39,460 nucleotides of DNA from Candidatus Micrarchaeota archaeon (GCA_037444485.1 JBBIMI010000007.1:1-39460), one strand, 5' to 3'. Counted from the first letter of the stretch, positions 1 to 10,020 are shown. Notes: a model not told the origin generated them from the letters alone. Made by a program: numbers and translations.

Positions 1-1167
1 GCGCACTAGAAACGCGTATTCTTCGAATTTTGCCTTGACGCCGTCAATGCTTTCCATCGCGAGCGGTTCTTTCTCGCGCACTATTTTCTCGAAAGCCGCA
101 AAATTGATTCTCACTGGCTCCTTAGTAACGAAACGTTTAACCTTGAATTGGTCCGCGAATTCTATAACTTCGTTGACGCGGGCTTGCGACAAGAGCGCCG
201 CGTTGAAAGGCCCGTCTGCTTGAAGCATTCTGTTCGCGAAACAATAGTGGCCTGAATACTCCATCGCGTAAACGCCGCCCACGTCCTCCATTTTCTTTGG
301 CACGTTGACGTGGCCGACCGGCGAGTAGTAAACTTGGAAGCCGTAATCAGTCAAGAAATCGAATACTTCCTCGCTTACGTCTATAGTCATTGCTAGCTTG
401 TCGCCCTTCTTGAGGTTCTGTACTGCGAGGAAGGCGCCGGTCACGCCGCCGTCAAGCACGCGCCCGTTTGCAACGAGCGCGAGGCGGTCGCCGTCGCCGT
501 CGAACGCAAAGCCAAGCTTGTTTTCTGAAACCGTTTTCTGTTTTAATGCAGTCAGCGACTCGTCGTTTGGTTCTGGCGAGCGTTGCTTGAAGAATGGGTC
601 GGGCTCGCTGGAAAGCAACTCGCCGCCGTCACGCGCGACAACGTTTTTTATCGCGCAAACCGCGCCGCTTCCAAGGTCGTAAATCGCTGGCTTGAATTCT
701 GGAAGCGAGTCAGTGTACTCCTTCAAAAGCGTTTTGTTTTCTTTCACGAGTTTTTTCTCGAATTTAGTGTTTGAAAGCCTGCCGCTTTTTTCTGCGAGCG
801 CTTCCAATTGCGCGTACCTTATTTTCAAGTCACTCATTTCCTGCGCGTAAAACGGTCTTTTTTTCGTTAACGGTTTTAAGCCGTTGTACTCTGGCGGGTT
901 GTGGCTTGCTGTGATGCTTACTCCGAATTCGGTTGTGTTGAAGGCGGTTGCTGGCGTTGGCGCGATTCCGAGAAAAGCAGTCTCTCCGGCAAAGCCGTTC
1001 AAAAACGCGTTCAAGAGCGAGTCGTTGTGTTGGCGGTAATCCATGCCGATTACTAAACGTTTTGCGTACTCGTTGAAGGCTTGACCTAACACGAAAAATT
1101 TTTCTTCAGTTACTTCGCTTCCGTAGACTCCACGCACGTCATACCCTTTAAACAAGTTTTCTTTCAC
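1..1167 (-). CDS. glmM: Phosphohexomutase (phosphoglucosamine mutase/PMM-PGM family), runs off the window start
   Basis: Not in the ORF track. Manual minus-strand translation from GTG at 1167 gives VKENLFKGYDVRGVYG...SITASHNPPEYNGLK (phosphoserine motif) and FAFDGDGDRL (metal-binding loop). Lies directly downstream of glmS and glmU. Confidence 0.85.
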   Translation of the reverse strand, partial: MKENLFKGYDVRGVYGSEVTEEKFFVLGQAFNEYAKRLVIGMDYRQHNDSLLNAFLNGFAGETAFLGIAPTPATAFNTTEFGVSITASHNPPEYNGLKPLTKKRPFYAQEMSDLKIRYAQLEALAEKSGRLSNTKFEKKLVKENKTLLKEYTDSLPEFKPAIYDLGSGAVCAIKNVVARDGGELLSSEPDPFFKQRSPEPNDESLTALKQKTVSENKLGFAFDGDGDRLALVANGRVLDGGVTGAFLAVQNLKKGDKLAMTIDVSEEVFDFLTDYGFQVYYSPVGHVNVPKKMEDVGGVYAMEYSGHYCFANRMLQADGPFNAALLSQARVNEVIEFADQFKVKRFVTKEPVRINFAAFEKIVREKEPLAMESIDGVKAKFEEYAFLVR

Positions 1168-1224
1168 CTTTTATTTTCTTTCTTCGTCGGCGATTTCTAG
1201 TGGTTTCTAGCAGTCAACAATTTT

Positions 1225-2511
1225 CTAGTGCTTTACAATTCTCGTTTCGTTATTCCAGTCCAGCGTCTCGCCGTCAAGCAAGTTTTTTTTTACTACAACG
1301 CCTGGGTAAATGCGGCAGTTGCTTCCCACTAGAACGCCGCAGTTAATCACGCAGTTCACGCCTATCCTTGTTCCCCTGCCAATTGCGCAACCCAGCTTGC
1401 GCCTGCCGGAGTCAACGGTTTTGCCGTTGATGTGCACGGCAATGTTTTTCTCGTCGAAACGCAGGTTGGCTATTATTGTTCCCCCGCCGACGTTAACGTC
1501 TTCGCAAAGCACTGAATCACCAACGTAAGAAAAGTGGGGAACGTCCGTATTATTCATGATGACAGAGTTTTTAATTTCACTGTTTCCAACGTGACACTCG
1601 TTTTCTATAATCGCGCCTTCGCGTAGAAACGCGTTCGGCCCAATAACGCAATTCTCGCCCACGTAAACCGGCCCGTCCACGCGCGTGCCCGCGCGAATCA
1701 CGCTGCCTTTGCCGAGATACAGTTTCCCGGAGACGAACGCCCCGTTTTCTATTACTCCAAGCCTCTCGTCGCGCATCAAGTTGTGCAGCGCGTAGAGGTT
1801 GATGTCCAAGTGGTTCCAGAAGTAAGTGATTTCACTCCTGAAGCCGTAGAAACGCACCACGCGCAGTTTGCGTTCTCTCGCGAACGCGTTAATCGCGTCC
1901 GTCGCCTCTAGCTCGCCGCGCGGCGAAGGCTGCACGCGCGCGAGGAAATCGAAGAACTCCGGCGGCAAGTAGTAATTCCCGAGGTTAATCACTCCAGGAA
2001 CAGGTTTTTCAGAAACCGGTTTTTCAACGATTTTTTTGAGGAAACCGTTTTCTTCCTCGAGCAACCCGTACTCGCGCGCGTCTTCACGGAATTGCCCGAC
2101 TGCAAAAAAAGAATCAGGAGACTTTTCTGTTTCGCGGGCTATTAACGCGTAAAGCGAGGGGTCAGCGAAACTATCGCCGTTGATTGTGACGAAATTATTT
2201 TCGTTGACTGAATCGCGCGCCTGCAGGAGCGCGTGAGCTGTTCCCTTTTGCTCTGCTTGCTCGACGAAAACTATTTTCTGCGCGTAAGGCTTTCGCGAAA
2301 AGTGTTCAATAACGAATTCTTTCTTGTAGCCCACGACCAACACGATTTTCTCCGCGTTCGGCAGAACAGCGTCGACAACCCATTCGGCGAGCGGTTTGCC
2401 GAGAACGCGCACCATGCACTTCGGCAACCCTTCACCAACAGGCCACAAGCGCGTGCCGCGCCCGGCAGCGAGAATCACGTAAACTAGTTTTTTATTCAAT
2501 CGCTTCTTCAA
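1225..2511 (-). CDS. glmU: Bifunctional sugar-1-phosphate nucleotidylyltransferase/acetyltransferase (archaeal GlmU-like)
   Basis: ILAAGRGTRL, PK, EQKGTAHAL and IVEKP motifs; C-terminal hexapeptide repeats (IGPNAFLR, HFSYVGDS); glmS/glmM context. Confidence 0.88.
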   Translation of the reverse strand: MKKRLNKKLVYVILAAGRGTRLWPVGEGLPKCMVRVLGKPLAEWVVDAVLPNAEKIVLVVGYKKEFVIEHFSRKPYAQKIVFVEQAEQKGTAHALLQARDSVNENNFVTINGDSFADPSLYALIARETEKSPDSFFAVGQFREDAREYGLLEEENGFLKKIVEKPVSEKPVPGVINLGNYYLPPEFFDFLARVQPSPRGELEATDAINAFARERKLRVVRFYGFRSEITYFWNHLDINLYALHNLMRDERLGVIENGAFVSGKLYLGKGSVIRAGTRVDGPVYVGENCVIGPNAFLREGAIIENECHVGNSEIKNSVIMNNTDVPHFSYVGDSVLCEDVNVGGGTIIANLRFDEKNIAVHINGKTVDSGRRKLGCAIGRGTRIGVNCVINCGVLVGSNCRIYPGVVVKKNLLDGETLDWNNETRIVKH

Positions 2512-2763
2512 CTCTTTGCTTCTTCAACTCTTTTCCTTTCCAGATTTTTTTGCTTCAAGTTAAGTAATGAATGAGTTTTTTATTTTTTCTTGTAGGCTTA
2601 AAAATTTAGAATCGGGAAAACCGGAAAACGGGAAAACACTTAGTTTTGCAATGCAGGTTTAATTCGGCTGCCAGCATACTCTCGTTCTCCAAACAATCAT
2701 TCACGCGGGGTTCGCAGTTTCAATAAATTTTCATTATTTTGGTTTTCGAATAGTTTCCAGCGT

Positions 2764-4563
2764 CTACTTGACTGTCACGGCCTTCGCGAGGTTTTTCGGC
2801 TTGTCCGGATCTCTGCCTAACAAGACGGCAACATGATAAGCCAAAAGCTGTAGTGACACTACTTCAAGCAAGACATAGTATGGTTTTAGTTCGCCGTTCG
2901 CTTGACGTTCAATACTAGGTAAAGAAACTAATTCTGCATAACCTTCGTGGTCTTCGTTGCTGACGCCTATCAAAAACGCGCCTCGAGCCTTTGTTTCCAA
3001 GGCATTATTAAGAGTATCATGAAAAGTGTAGTCCCTCGGATTTAAAGCTATTACAGGAACGTCTTTTTCTATTAACGCGATGGTGCCGTGCTTCAACTCG
3101 CCGGCAGGCATTCCCTCCGCGTGAATGTAAGATATTTCCTTCATCTTTAACGCTCCCTCCAACGCGATCGGGAAATTCACTCCGCGGCCAATGAAGTAAA
3201 CGTCCTTCTTTGTTTTTATCGTTTCGGCAAGGAAACGCATTTGCGCGTCGTTCTCGTGAAGCGTTTTCTCGAGCAGCGCGCTCGCTTGCTTCAAGTCGCG
3301 AATACCTTCCTCGAGCTTGCCAGCAAGCGCGAAAGCAAGCATATAAAAAATGCCGACTTGATTCACGAACGCCTTAGTTGAAGCGACCCCGATTTCCGGA
3401 CCCGCATTAATGTAAATTGTTTTGTCACTCAAACGCGCAAGAGTGCTTCCAACCACGTTCACTATCGAGTAAACGCGTGCGCCCCGCGCCTTCGCTTTAC
3501 GCACGCCTTCAAGCACGTCAGCTGTTTCACCGCTCTGCGAAACCGTCAACAGTACAGCGTTTTCCGGAAAACGGTCGGCAAAGTAAGCGAATTCGCTTGC
3601 AATCATTACCTCCATAGGTTTGCCTGCAATCTTGTCAAACAAGTGTTTTCCTACGACTGCTGCATGGCGGGCAGTGCCGCAAGCGATTGACACCACACTC
3701 GCGTTCTTCAAGTCGTCCGCAAATTCCTGAATATAATCAAAGTTTTGGTTAAGCGCGTTGCGCAGTGCAACTGGCTGCTCCATAATCTCTTTCAACATGT
3801 AATGCGGATAACCGCATTTTTCCGCGCTTTCCGCATTCCAAGACACTTCAACAGGTTTTTTTTCAAGGTGTTTTCCACCAAAATCCATGAAGTCAACGCT
3901 AATGCCGTTACTGTTCTTCCGCGCGACAACCATTTCCTCATCATTCAAGTAAACCACGCGCTTGGTCGAATTCAGGAATGCGAGCACGTCGCTTGCGATG
4001 AAAAAATTTTTTTCGCCGATCCCCACTATCAAGGGACTCTCGTTCCGCACTCCAACGAGCGTGCCAGGCTCGCGCGTGTTCAACAAAGCCAGCGCGAAAG
4101 AACCTTTGAGTTTTCTTGCAGCGCGCATCACGGCGTCAGCAAAGCTCGCGCCGGCTGCGATTTCATCTTCAATCAAGTGCGGAACGACTTCGGTGTCGGT
4201 CTGCGACTTGAAAACGTGACCCCGTGCCTCGAGCGCGTTGCGCAGCTCGACGTAATTGTCGATAATCCCGTTGTGTACGACTGCTATTTCGCTCGCGCAG
4301 TCTGCGTGCGGATGCGCGTTTTCCTTAGTTACATCACCATGCGTAGCCCAACGCGTGTGACCTAAACCAATAACTCCCTTTAATGCGTTCAACTCGCGTT
4401 CGCTGACGCCTTCAATCTTGCCGACGCGTTTTTCAATGCGCAGTTTATTGTTTATTGTTGCAATACCCCAGCTGTCATAACCACGGTATTCCAGTTTCTT
4501 CAATCCCGAAAGAAGAATCGGCGCAGCCTCACCTTCGCCAAGCACTCCAATTATTCCACACAC
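2764..4563 (-). CDS. glmS: Glutamine--fructose-6-phosphate transaminase (isomerizing)
   Basis: N-terminal MCGIIG (catalytic Cys1), LEYRGYDS, GHTRWATHG, VHNGII, SQSGETAD, ELKHG, C-terminal NLAKAVTV. Confidence 0.97.
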   Translation of the reverse strand: MCGIIGVLGEGEAAPILLSGLKKLEYRGYDSWGIATINNKLRIEKRVGKIEGVSERELNALKGVIGLGHTRWATHGDVTKENAHPHADCASEIAVVHNGIIDNYVELRNALEARGHVFKSQTDTEVVPHLIEDEIAAGASFADAVMRAARKLKGSFALALLNTREPGTLVGVRNESPLIVGIGEKNFFIASDVLAFLNSTKRVVYLNDEEMVVARKNSNGISVDFMDFGGKHLEKKPVEVSWNAESAEKCGYPHYMLKEIMEQPVALRNALNQNFDYIQEFADDLKNASVVSIACGTARHAAVVGKHLFDKIAGKPMEVMIASEFAYFADRFPENAVLLTVSQSGETADVLEGVRKAKARGARVYSIVNVVGSTLARLSDKTIYINAGPEIGVASTKAFVNQVGIFYMLAFALAGKLEEGIRDLKQASALLEKTLHENDAQMRFLAETIKTKKDVYFIGRGVNFPIALEGALKMKEISYIHAEGMPAGELKHGTIALIEKDVPVIALNPRDYTFHDTLNNALETKARGAFLIGVSNEDHEGYAELVSLPSIERQANGELKPYYVLLEVVSLQLLAYHVAVLLGRDPDKPKNLAKAVTVK

Positions 4564-4926
4564 TTCAAATCAACCTCACGAAACAAACCAACAACACAAA
4601 ACAAGCCTTCAATTTCAAGCAACAATCAAGCAACAAGCCTTCAATTTCAAACAACTTAACTTTCAATTTTTTTTGACTTTCAATTTTTTTTTTGATTTCA
4701 GGCGATCTCGTGAAAACAACTTTTGCTGCGAAAACAATTTTTGTTGCGGGAAATCTGCGGGAACCGAGTAAGAAATTCCCGGTTAAGCGTGAAGTTAAGC
4801 GTGAGGGACGTCTGCGCATTGTTGCGCATTGCTGCGCATTGTGCTCCAGTACATTCACGCATTCCGTCGCATTTGCGTATTTCATTGCATTTGATTTGTG
4901 CGTATTTCATTGCATTTTTATATTCC

Positions 4927-5012
4927 AGCGCAGTGAAAAGAGGCGTCCCGTCCATTCCGGACGCAAACTTCTGCCGGATTCTGGGATGTCTGGGACGCCA
5001 ACCCACTGCGTT
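4927..5012. other. Long imperfect GC-rich inverted repeat (candidate structured RNA) in the glmS upstream region
   Basis: AGCGCAGTG(4927-35)/CACTGCGTT(5004-12), GGCGTCCC(4942-49)/GGGACGCC(4992-99) and TCCGG(4956-60)/CCGGA(4974-78) are nested complementary segments. Confidence 0.6.
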
Positions 5013-5301
5013 CGCGTGCGTTCGGGAGGGGTTTCAGCAAAAAAATTTTGAAAAAAACAGTTTTTAAATACCGCTAAAGACAAAATCAAAAATTGTTAAA
5101 CAAAAACAATAATTTTATTATTAAAGCGACAATAGTATTATAAATTTATTAAAATTATTAAAAATTTTTTGTAATATGTTTGTAATATGCTTGTTAGTTT
5201 ATTATTGTTAGTTTGTTATCGTGTGATTTTATAAAACGAAATCGATTTTGGGAAATAGATTTGGGAAATTTGGGGAAATCGATTTTTGAGGTGATAATCG
5301 A

Positions 5302-6201
5302 ATGGCGGGAGTAAAACTCGTGAGCGGCACGCAAGCGTTGGACGCGTTGCTAGTGGACGAAAAAACGTTTTCGTTAATATCTGAAGACAGGCTGCGCATT
5401 CTGCGCGCGCTGGCGCGCGAGGCGAAGTACCCAGCGCAACTCGCGAAAGAATTAAAGATGCAGGTGCAAACTGTTTATTACCACGTGCGCCTGCTGGCGG
5501 ACGCGGGACTCGTACGTTTAGAGGAATTTGAAGAGAAAGGCGGAGCTGTTGCGAAGAGGTTCAGCGCAGCAAGCGACGCGCTTGCGCTCGTGGTGCGCGA
5601 CTCTTGGCGGCCTTTGCACGAGCCGTTGGCGAAGCCGCCTGCATTCCTCAAGCCATTCATTGAAGGAACGCATTTGAATGCGAAAATCGTGCTCGGCTCG
5701 CCTGACCCGCACGGCAAGTACCGCGCGCGCGGCAGCGAATTCTGCGTTGCGGAACTAGCTGCGTGGCTTGGCGGATTCGCTTCTTTTTCTTACCCGCTTT
5801 TTCTTTTAGACACCGAGCTCCGCGAGAACGCGAAGCGGGAGAACTTGATTCTTCTCGGTGGGCCGAAGGTGAACACTCTAGTCGAGGAAGTCAACCCGCT
5901 GCTACCCATTCGCTTTGCGGAAAAAACTTTTTCGATTTACTCTACGCTCTCAAAGAAAACTTATCCTGAAGGCGTGGGTTTTCTCGAGGTAGTTGACAGT
6001 CCGTTCGACAAGCGCAGAAAGCTTTTCGTAATCGCCGGCGGACACTATAACGCAACGCGCGTGGGGGTGCTCGCGTTGTTGAAGGAACGCAAAAAAATTG
6101 AGGAAGGCAATCTTTTTGATTCCAGCGTGTACGCGAAGGTAGTGCAGGGATTCGATGAAGACGGGGACGGAATCGTGGACGCTGTCGAGATACTGGAGTA
6201 A
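5302..6201 (+). CDS. ArsR-family winged-HTH transcriptional regulator with a C-terminal alpha/beta domain (S-layer C-terminal-like, NLILLGGP.VN)
   Basis: RLRILRAL...YPAQLAKEL...VYYHVRLL..AGLV HTH; GSPDPHG and NLILLGGPKVN motifs; SD-like GAGGTGAT upstream. Confidence 0.8.
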   Translation: MAGVKLVSGTQALDALLVDEKTFSLISEDRLRILRALAREAKYPAQLAKELKMQVQTVYYHVRLLADAGLVRLEEFEEKGGAVAKRFSAASDALALVVRDSWRPLHEPLAKPPAFLKPFIEGTHLNAKIVLGSPDPHGKYRARGSEFCVAELAAWLGGFASFSYPLFLLDTELRENAKRENLILLGGPKVNTLVEEVNPLLPIRFAEKTFSIYSTLSKKTYPEGVGFLEVVDSPFDKRRKLFVIAGGHYNATRVGVLALLKERKKIEEGNLFDSSVYAKVVQGFDEDGDGIVDAVEILE

Positions 6202-6269
6202 AAAAATTGTAAAATTGTAAAAGAAATCGTAAAAGATAAAGCAAGCAAGAAACTGTAATAAAGCGCGAG

Positions 6270-6500
6270 CGCACAACAAAACTACGACAAAACAACAAGA
6301 CTACAACAAAACTAAAACTACAAGAAAAAACAATAAAACTAAAACATAACAAAAAAACAATAAAACTAAAACTACAAGAAAAAACAATAAAACTAAAACA
6401 TAACAAAAAAACAACAAAACCAAAACCATAACAAAACTACAGCGAAACCACAACAAAAAAGAACAAAACTACAGTGAACTAGACGAAACTAAAACTACAG
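6270..6500. repeat. A/C-rich low-complexity tandem repeat (ACAACAAAACT / AAAACTACAAGAAAAAACAAT units)
   Basis: Reiterated units visible directly, including a near-exact ~50-nt duplication. Confidence 0.8.
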
Positions 6501-6537
6501 CGGAATTAATAATAATTAACTTTGAATAACTTGAAGC

Positions 6538-6693
6538 ATGGCTGAAATTATTTTAACCGAATTAGTTTTCGCCGTCTTCTTCGCTTTTCTAGGCAGCGTC
6601 TTAGCGCTTAAGTTGAAACAACCGCTGGTTTTAGGACTGTTGCTCGCCGGGGCGTTAATCGGGCCGAACGCGTTGTTCTTCAATAAACGCTGA
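6538..6693 (+). pseudogene. Truncated N-terminal fragment of a CPA2/Kef-type cation:proton antiporter
   Basis: Manual translation MAEIILTELVFAVFFAFLGSVLALKLKQPLVLGLLLAGALIGPNALFFNKR* matches the CPA2 TM1-2 signature (LKQP.vlG.llAG.liGP) but stops after 51 aa. Confidence 0.7.
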
Positions 6694-6717
6694 TTTTTTT
6701 TGAAGCGCGCTAGTTGT

Positions 6718-8397
6718 TTAATGCTCGTGCTCGTGTTTGAATAACTCGCCTGCAATCACGCCGAACGCTGGACGCGTGAACAGTACGCCAATCAGCACGC
6801 CGAGGATTGACGCGAGCGCGAAGCCCATTACTTCAACGATTCCGCTCAGCAAGAGAGGCAGCATGCTTGCGATTGCCACGCCGGCGGTGATGAAAATAAT
6901 GTAGAACGCGCGCGCGATGCGTTCCTTGTTCCCGCGTTCCGGTTCGGTCTCGGCGCCTTCCACGCGCTTTCGTTTTTTCAAAAGCTCTTCAGTAATAATG
7001 ATTTGGTCGTCCACGCCAGTGCCGATGAGCGTGATGATTCCAGCCATTGCAGCCAAGTCGATTGTTCCAAAACCACCGATTATCGCAACTAACAACAAAA
7101 CTTCAATCGAGTTGACTAAGACTATTGGAATGACTAGCTTGACTTTGCGGTACCGCAAGACGATTACTGTTGAAACCGCTGCAATCGCGAGAAAGATTCC
7201 GATGGCGCTGTAGTTAAGGAATTCCTGCCCTAGAGAAGGAGCGATGTCGTAGTAACTTCCAATCGAAGTTGCTACCGGCAGCTTGCCTCCACTCAACACG
7301 CTCTTCAATTCCTTGACTTCGTTAACCGCGTTGGCTTTCTTCTCCTTGAGCGTCCCGCCTCGCGCGGTGCCAGTAATCGCGTATTGGGAAATGGTTTTTT
7401 GCTTTAATGGCTCGACTCGCAGTGTTGGCGCGGAACGAAGCCCAACTGCTTTCCATGAAACGACGATTGTTTCCGTCACGCCAGCGTTTTGGAACGAGAT
7501 TATTTCGGGAGCGATTTCATCTTGCGGCTTCAACAAAAGCCGTTTGCTTTTGTTGGCGGCTTCCTCGCCTGGCTTTAATTCGTCGAACCCCATTTCCTTC
7601 AGCGCGGCTATGACTTCGGGCCGCGAGCGCGTCAAGTTTTCGCTTGCGATGGCGAGCGTCTTGCCGCTTGCAGCAATTTCTGCTTTTTTCTTATCGAATT
7701 CTTCCACGAAGTAAAGCGCGATGTCATCGCCTTCTTTTCGCAGGGCTTCAGTGATAGCAGTTTCGCTAGCTGTAACGCCGGCCTGCAAGTCCGCTTCTGA
7801 AACGAGAATCAACGCGTTCTTCGGCCGGTCTAGAAACATGAATACCGGATAACCGATTTTACCTGCAGCCGCTTCTGCAAAGCGTTCTTCGCCTTCGCCA
7901 GTAATCGCGAAGACGAGTTGCCAAGAAACCTCTTCGCCCTGCGCATTCACGTTCTCGTTGCCGGGACCGCCGACCGAATTCGCGAGAATGTCTGCGCCGT
8001 CGAGCGCTAGTTTGCCGTCAACGATTGCTTCAAAGTGTCCTTGCTCGCGGAGAATGCGTTCCACGCTTTTGATGACGCTTGAATCCGCGCGCGGAATTTC
8101 AACAATGATTTCCTTGTTGCCGAGCGGCCGCACAACCGCTTGCGACAAGCCGAACTTGTTGATGCGGAGTTTAATAGTGTCAACCATCGAACTCATCGTC
8201 TCGGAATCAACGCTTTGCTCGAGTGAAATGGGTATGCGCACTCCGCCAACAAACTCGATCCCGAAGTTTAAGTCCACCGTACTCGGATTCAAGTCCCGCA
8301 GGAAAATCAAGCCAAACGCTAAAAGCGATAAGACAGCGACTAACAGTATCCTGCGGTCTGAAAAAAATTCTTTAGTTGCCTTAAAGTTTAAATTCAT
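6718..8397 (-). CDS. secD: Protein translocase subunit SecD (archaeal)
   Basis: LNFGIEFVGG, RINKFGL, VLSGGKLP, IAPSLG and GTGVDDQIII motifs; 1+5 TM topology; adjacent to secF. Confidence 0.93.
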   Translation of the reverse strand: MNLNFKATKEFFSDRRILLVAVLSLLAFGLIFLRDLNPSTVDLNFGIEFVGGVRIPISLEQSVDSETMSSMVDTIKLRINKFGLSQAVVRPLGNKEIIVEIPRADSSVIKSVERILREQGHFEAIVDGKLALDGADILANSVGGPGNENVNAQGEEVSWQLVFAITGEGEERFAEAAAGKIGYPVFMFLDRPKNALILVSEADLQAGVTASETAITEALRKEGDDIALYFVEEFDKKKAEIAASGKTLAIASENLTRSRPEVIAALKEMGFDELKPGEEAANKSKRLLLKPQDEIAPEIISFQNAGVTETIVVSWKAVGLRSAPTLRVEPLKQKTISQYAITGTARGGTLKEKKANAVNEVKELKSVLSGGKLPVATSIGSYYDIAPSLGQEFLNYSAIGIFLAIAAVSTVIVLRYRKVKLVIPIVLVNSIEVLLLVAIIGGFGTIDLAAMAGIITLIGTGVDDQIIITEELLKKRKRVEGAETEPERGNKERIARAFYIIFITAGVAIASMLPLLLSGIVEVMGFALASILGVLIGVLFTRPAFGVIAGELFKHEHEH

Positions 8398-9535
8398 TCA
8401 AGTTTGTCCTCTTTTCTTTTTTTTCAGCGTACCACAACACTAACGGCGCGTTCGCCAGCCAAGTTGCGATGAAATCCACGATGCCGCCGCCGATTGCTGC
8501 AACCAAGCCGAGTTGAAAGTAAACAGGGATCTGAAGCCAATACCCAAGCGCAGCCAGAACGCCGAACGCTGCTATGGTGGTGAGATTCATCATCATGCCG
8601 ACTTTCATCGCGTCGAACGCGCGTTCACGCGCGTTTTCCTCCCTGCGTTTCAACACGCGCGCGGTAAGCAAAATGTCTGTGTCAAGCGAAAAACCAATGA
8701 GCATCAACAACGCGGAAAACGAGGCGAGCGACAACGGAATGCCGAACGCGCCCATGACACCCATCGTTATCGCGATGTCCGCGAAAGCGCCGAATAGCAC
8801 TGCAAGCGACGGAATCAAGCTTCTAAAGATTATGAAGACGATTAATGCCGATAACAAGAATGAGATTATCAGGATTTCACGCGTTTTAGAAAAAAAGAAC
8901 TTGCTCAAACTTGAACCGATTTCCTTGAACGAATGCGATTTTACGCGTACCACGGAATTAATTGCCGCGACTAGAGAGTCAGTGTAAGCAGAACGCGCTT
9001 TATCTAGAGACGCTTCGGCAGCGGCAGCTGCAGCGTGCGCATCGCTTGGCGCGACGGCGTCGTCGCCAGTCAAGGAAAACACTTTCCGCGTTTCGTCGAG
9101 AATCCGTATTCGCAGGGTTTCAACTTGCTTTCGAACCGCAGCCACTTCATCAGCAGTCGCGTTTCCAGGGTTTTGTTCCAAGTAATTCAAGCGCACTTCC
9201 TCGTTCACGAGCTGCGCGTCCAGCGATTTTATTAGAGTGACGCCTGCGGCTGCAGCCTCAAGTTTTTCGTTCGTCGGCAATTCGATTTCAACGCCGTGCC
9301 CGCTAGGGTTAGAGAACGAGCGCACGTCCGCGTCAGGCGCTACGCTCGCTACGGCGGATTTCACCGCATTCAAGTCGATTGCTTGGTCGCTGTACACTGT
9401 AAGCAGCAAGCCGCCTTTCAAGTCAATTCCTTGGGGGACCCGCGGAATAAAGAAAGCGGCTGCTGCCAGTAAAAGCAACGGTATTGCTGCGTAGTACTTA
9501 TAATTTTTCCAAGCGTAAGGATTCGGCAGACTCAA
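8381..9535 (-). CDS. secF: Protein translocase subunit SecF (archaeal)
   Basis: GIDLKGG, FRSLIPS and LMLIGFSLDTDILLTARVL motifs; overlaps the secD start. Confidence 0.93.
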   Translation of the reverse strand: MSLPNPYAWKNYKYYAAIPLLLLAAAAFFIPRVPQGIDLKGGLLLTVYSDQAIDLNAVKSAVASVAPDADVRSFSNPSGHGVEIELPTNEKLEAAAAGVTLIKSLDAQLVNEEVRLNYLEQNPGNATADEVAAVRKQVETLRIRILDETRKVFSLTGDDAVAPSDAHAAAAAAEASLDKARSAYTDSLVAAINSVVRVKSHSFKEIGSSLSKFFFSKTREILIISFLLSALIVFIIFRSLIPSLAVLFGAFADIAITMGVMGAFGIPLSLASFSALLMLIGFSLDTDILLTARVLKRREENARERAFDAMKVGMMMNLTTIAAFGVLAALGYWLQIPVYFQLGLVAAIGGGIVDFIATWLANAPLVLWYAEKKEKRTNLNEFKL

Positions 9536-9539
9536 GTTT

Positions 9540-9683
9540 AATTATCCCACTCTGCTTATTTTCTACTTATTATTCATTATTCAACTAATTATTTCGCTCT
9601 ACAAATTATTCCGTTCCGCATCGCCAACAAATATTCGCTCTCAATTATTCCACTCTACTTATTATTCGATTATTCCACTCTGC
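9540..9683. repeat. About six degenerate copies of AATTATTCC(A/G)CTCT in the secF upstream spacer
   Basis: Variants attatcccactct, aattatttcgctct, aattattccgttcc, aatattcgctct, aattattccactct and attattccactct at irregular spacing. Confidence 0.6.
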
Positions 9684-9799
9684 AAACGAATTGCGGTTGA
9701 CGCGTTGAAAAACGAAAAAACGGTTTCTTATTAAGCGAAAACGTTAATAAAATACTTGCCTTGCGCGCGAGAGCCTTACGCGCGAAAGCGCGCAAGCGC

Positions 9800-9884
9800 G
9801 CAGGGGTAGCGAAGCTTGGTTAAACGCGCAGGACTCAGAATCCTGTCTCTAAGGAGTTCAGGGGTTCAAATCCCCTCCCCTGCA
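9800..9884 (+). tRNA. tRNA-Leu(CAG)
   Basis: Acceptor stem GCAGGGG/CCCCTGC+A; anticodon arm CAGGA-CTCAGAA-TCCTG; long variable arm; T-loop GGTTCAAATCC; CCA not encoded. Confidence 0.95.
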
Positions 9885-10020
9885 CTTTACATCTCACATA
9901 CGCCGCCGGAAACGCTTAAAAACAACCCTTTTTCCAATATATAAGTTATAATATACTTTCTATAGAAGATGTATAACAAATGGGATTGCGTAAAAAGTTG
10001 GCAAGCGAGAGGCGGTGGAA

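Noticed and set aside
2667..2680. GCTGCCAGCATACT resembles the mini-element core GCTGGCAGCATACT (39331-39344)
   Set aside because: 13/14 match only, with no flanking hairpins or GGTTATTTAA end; could be chance.
4565..5089. Overlapping ORFs (100-120 aa) on both strands upstream of glmS; also possible glmS ribozyme, 5S rRNA, RNase P or SRP RNA
   Set aside because: The ORFs are built from tandem repeats and have no recognisable motifs. Only isolated fragments resemble RNA consensus (GAAGTTAAGC, CAGAATCCGGC). The required partner motifs (AGCGCC/GACGAGG, GAGGAAAGTCC, SRP helix 8) are absent.
9540..9683. Spaced repeats as a possible degenerate CRISPR array
   Set aside because: Units are about 14 nt, degenerate and irregularly spaced with low-complexity spacers; no cas genes.
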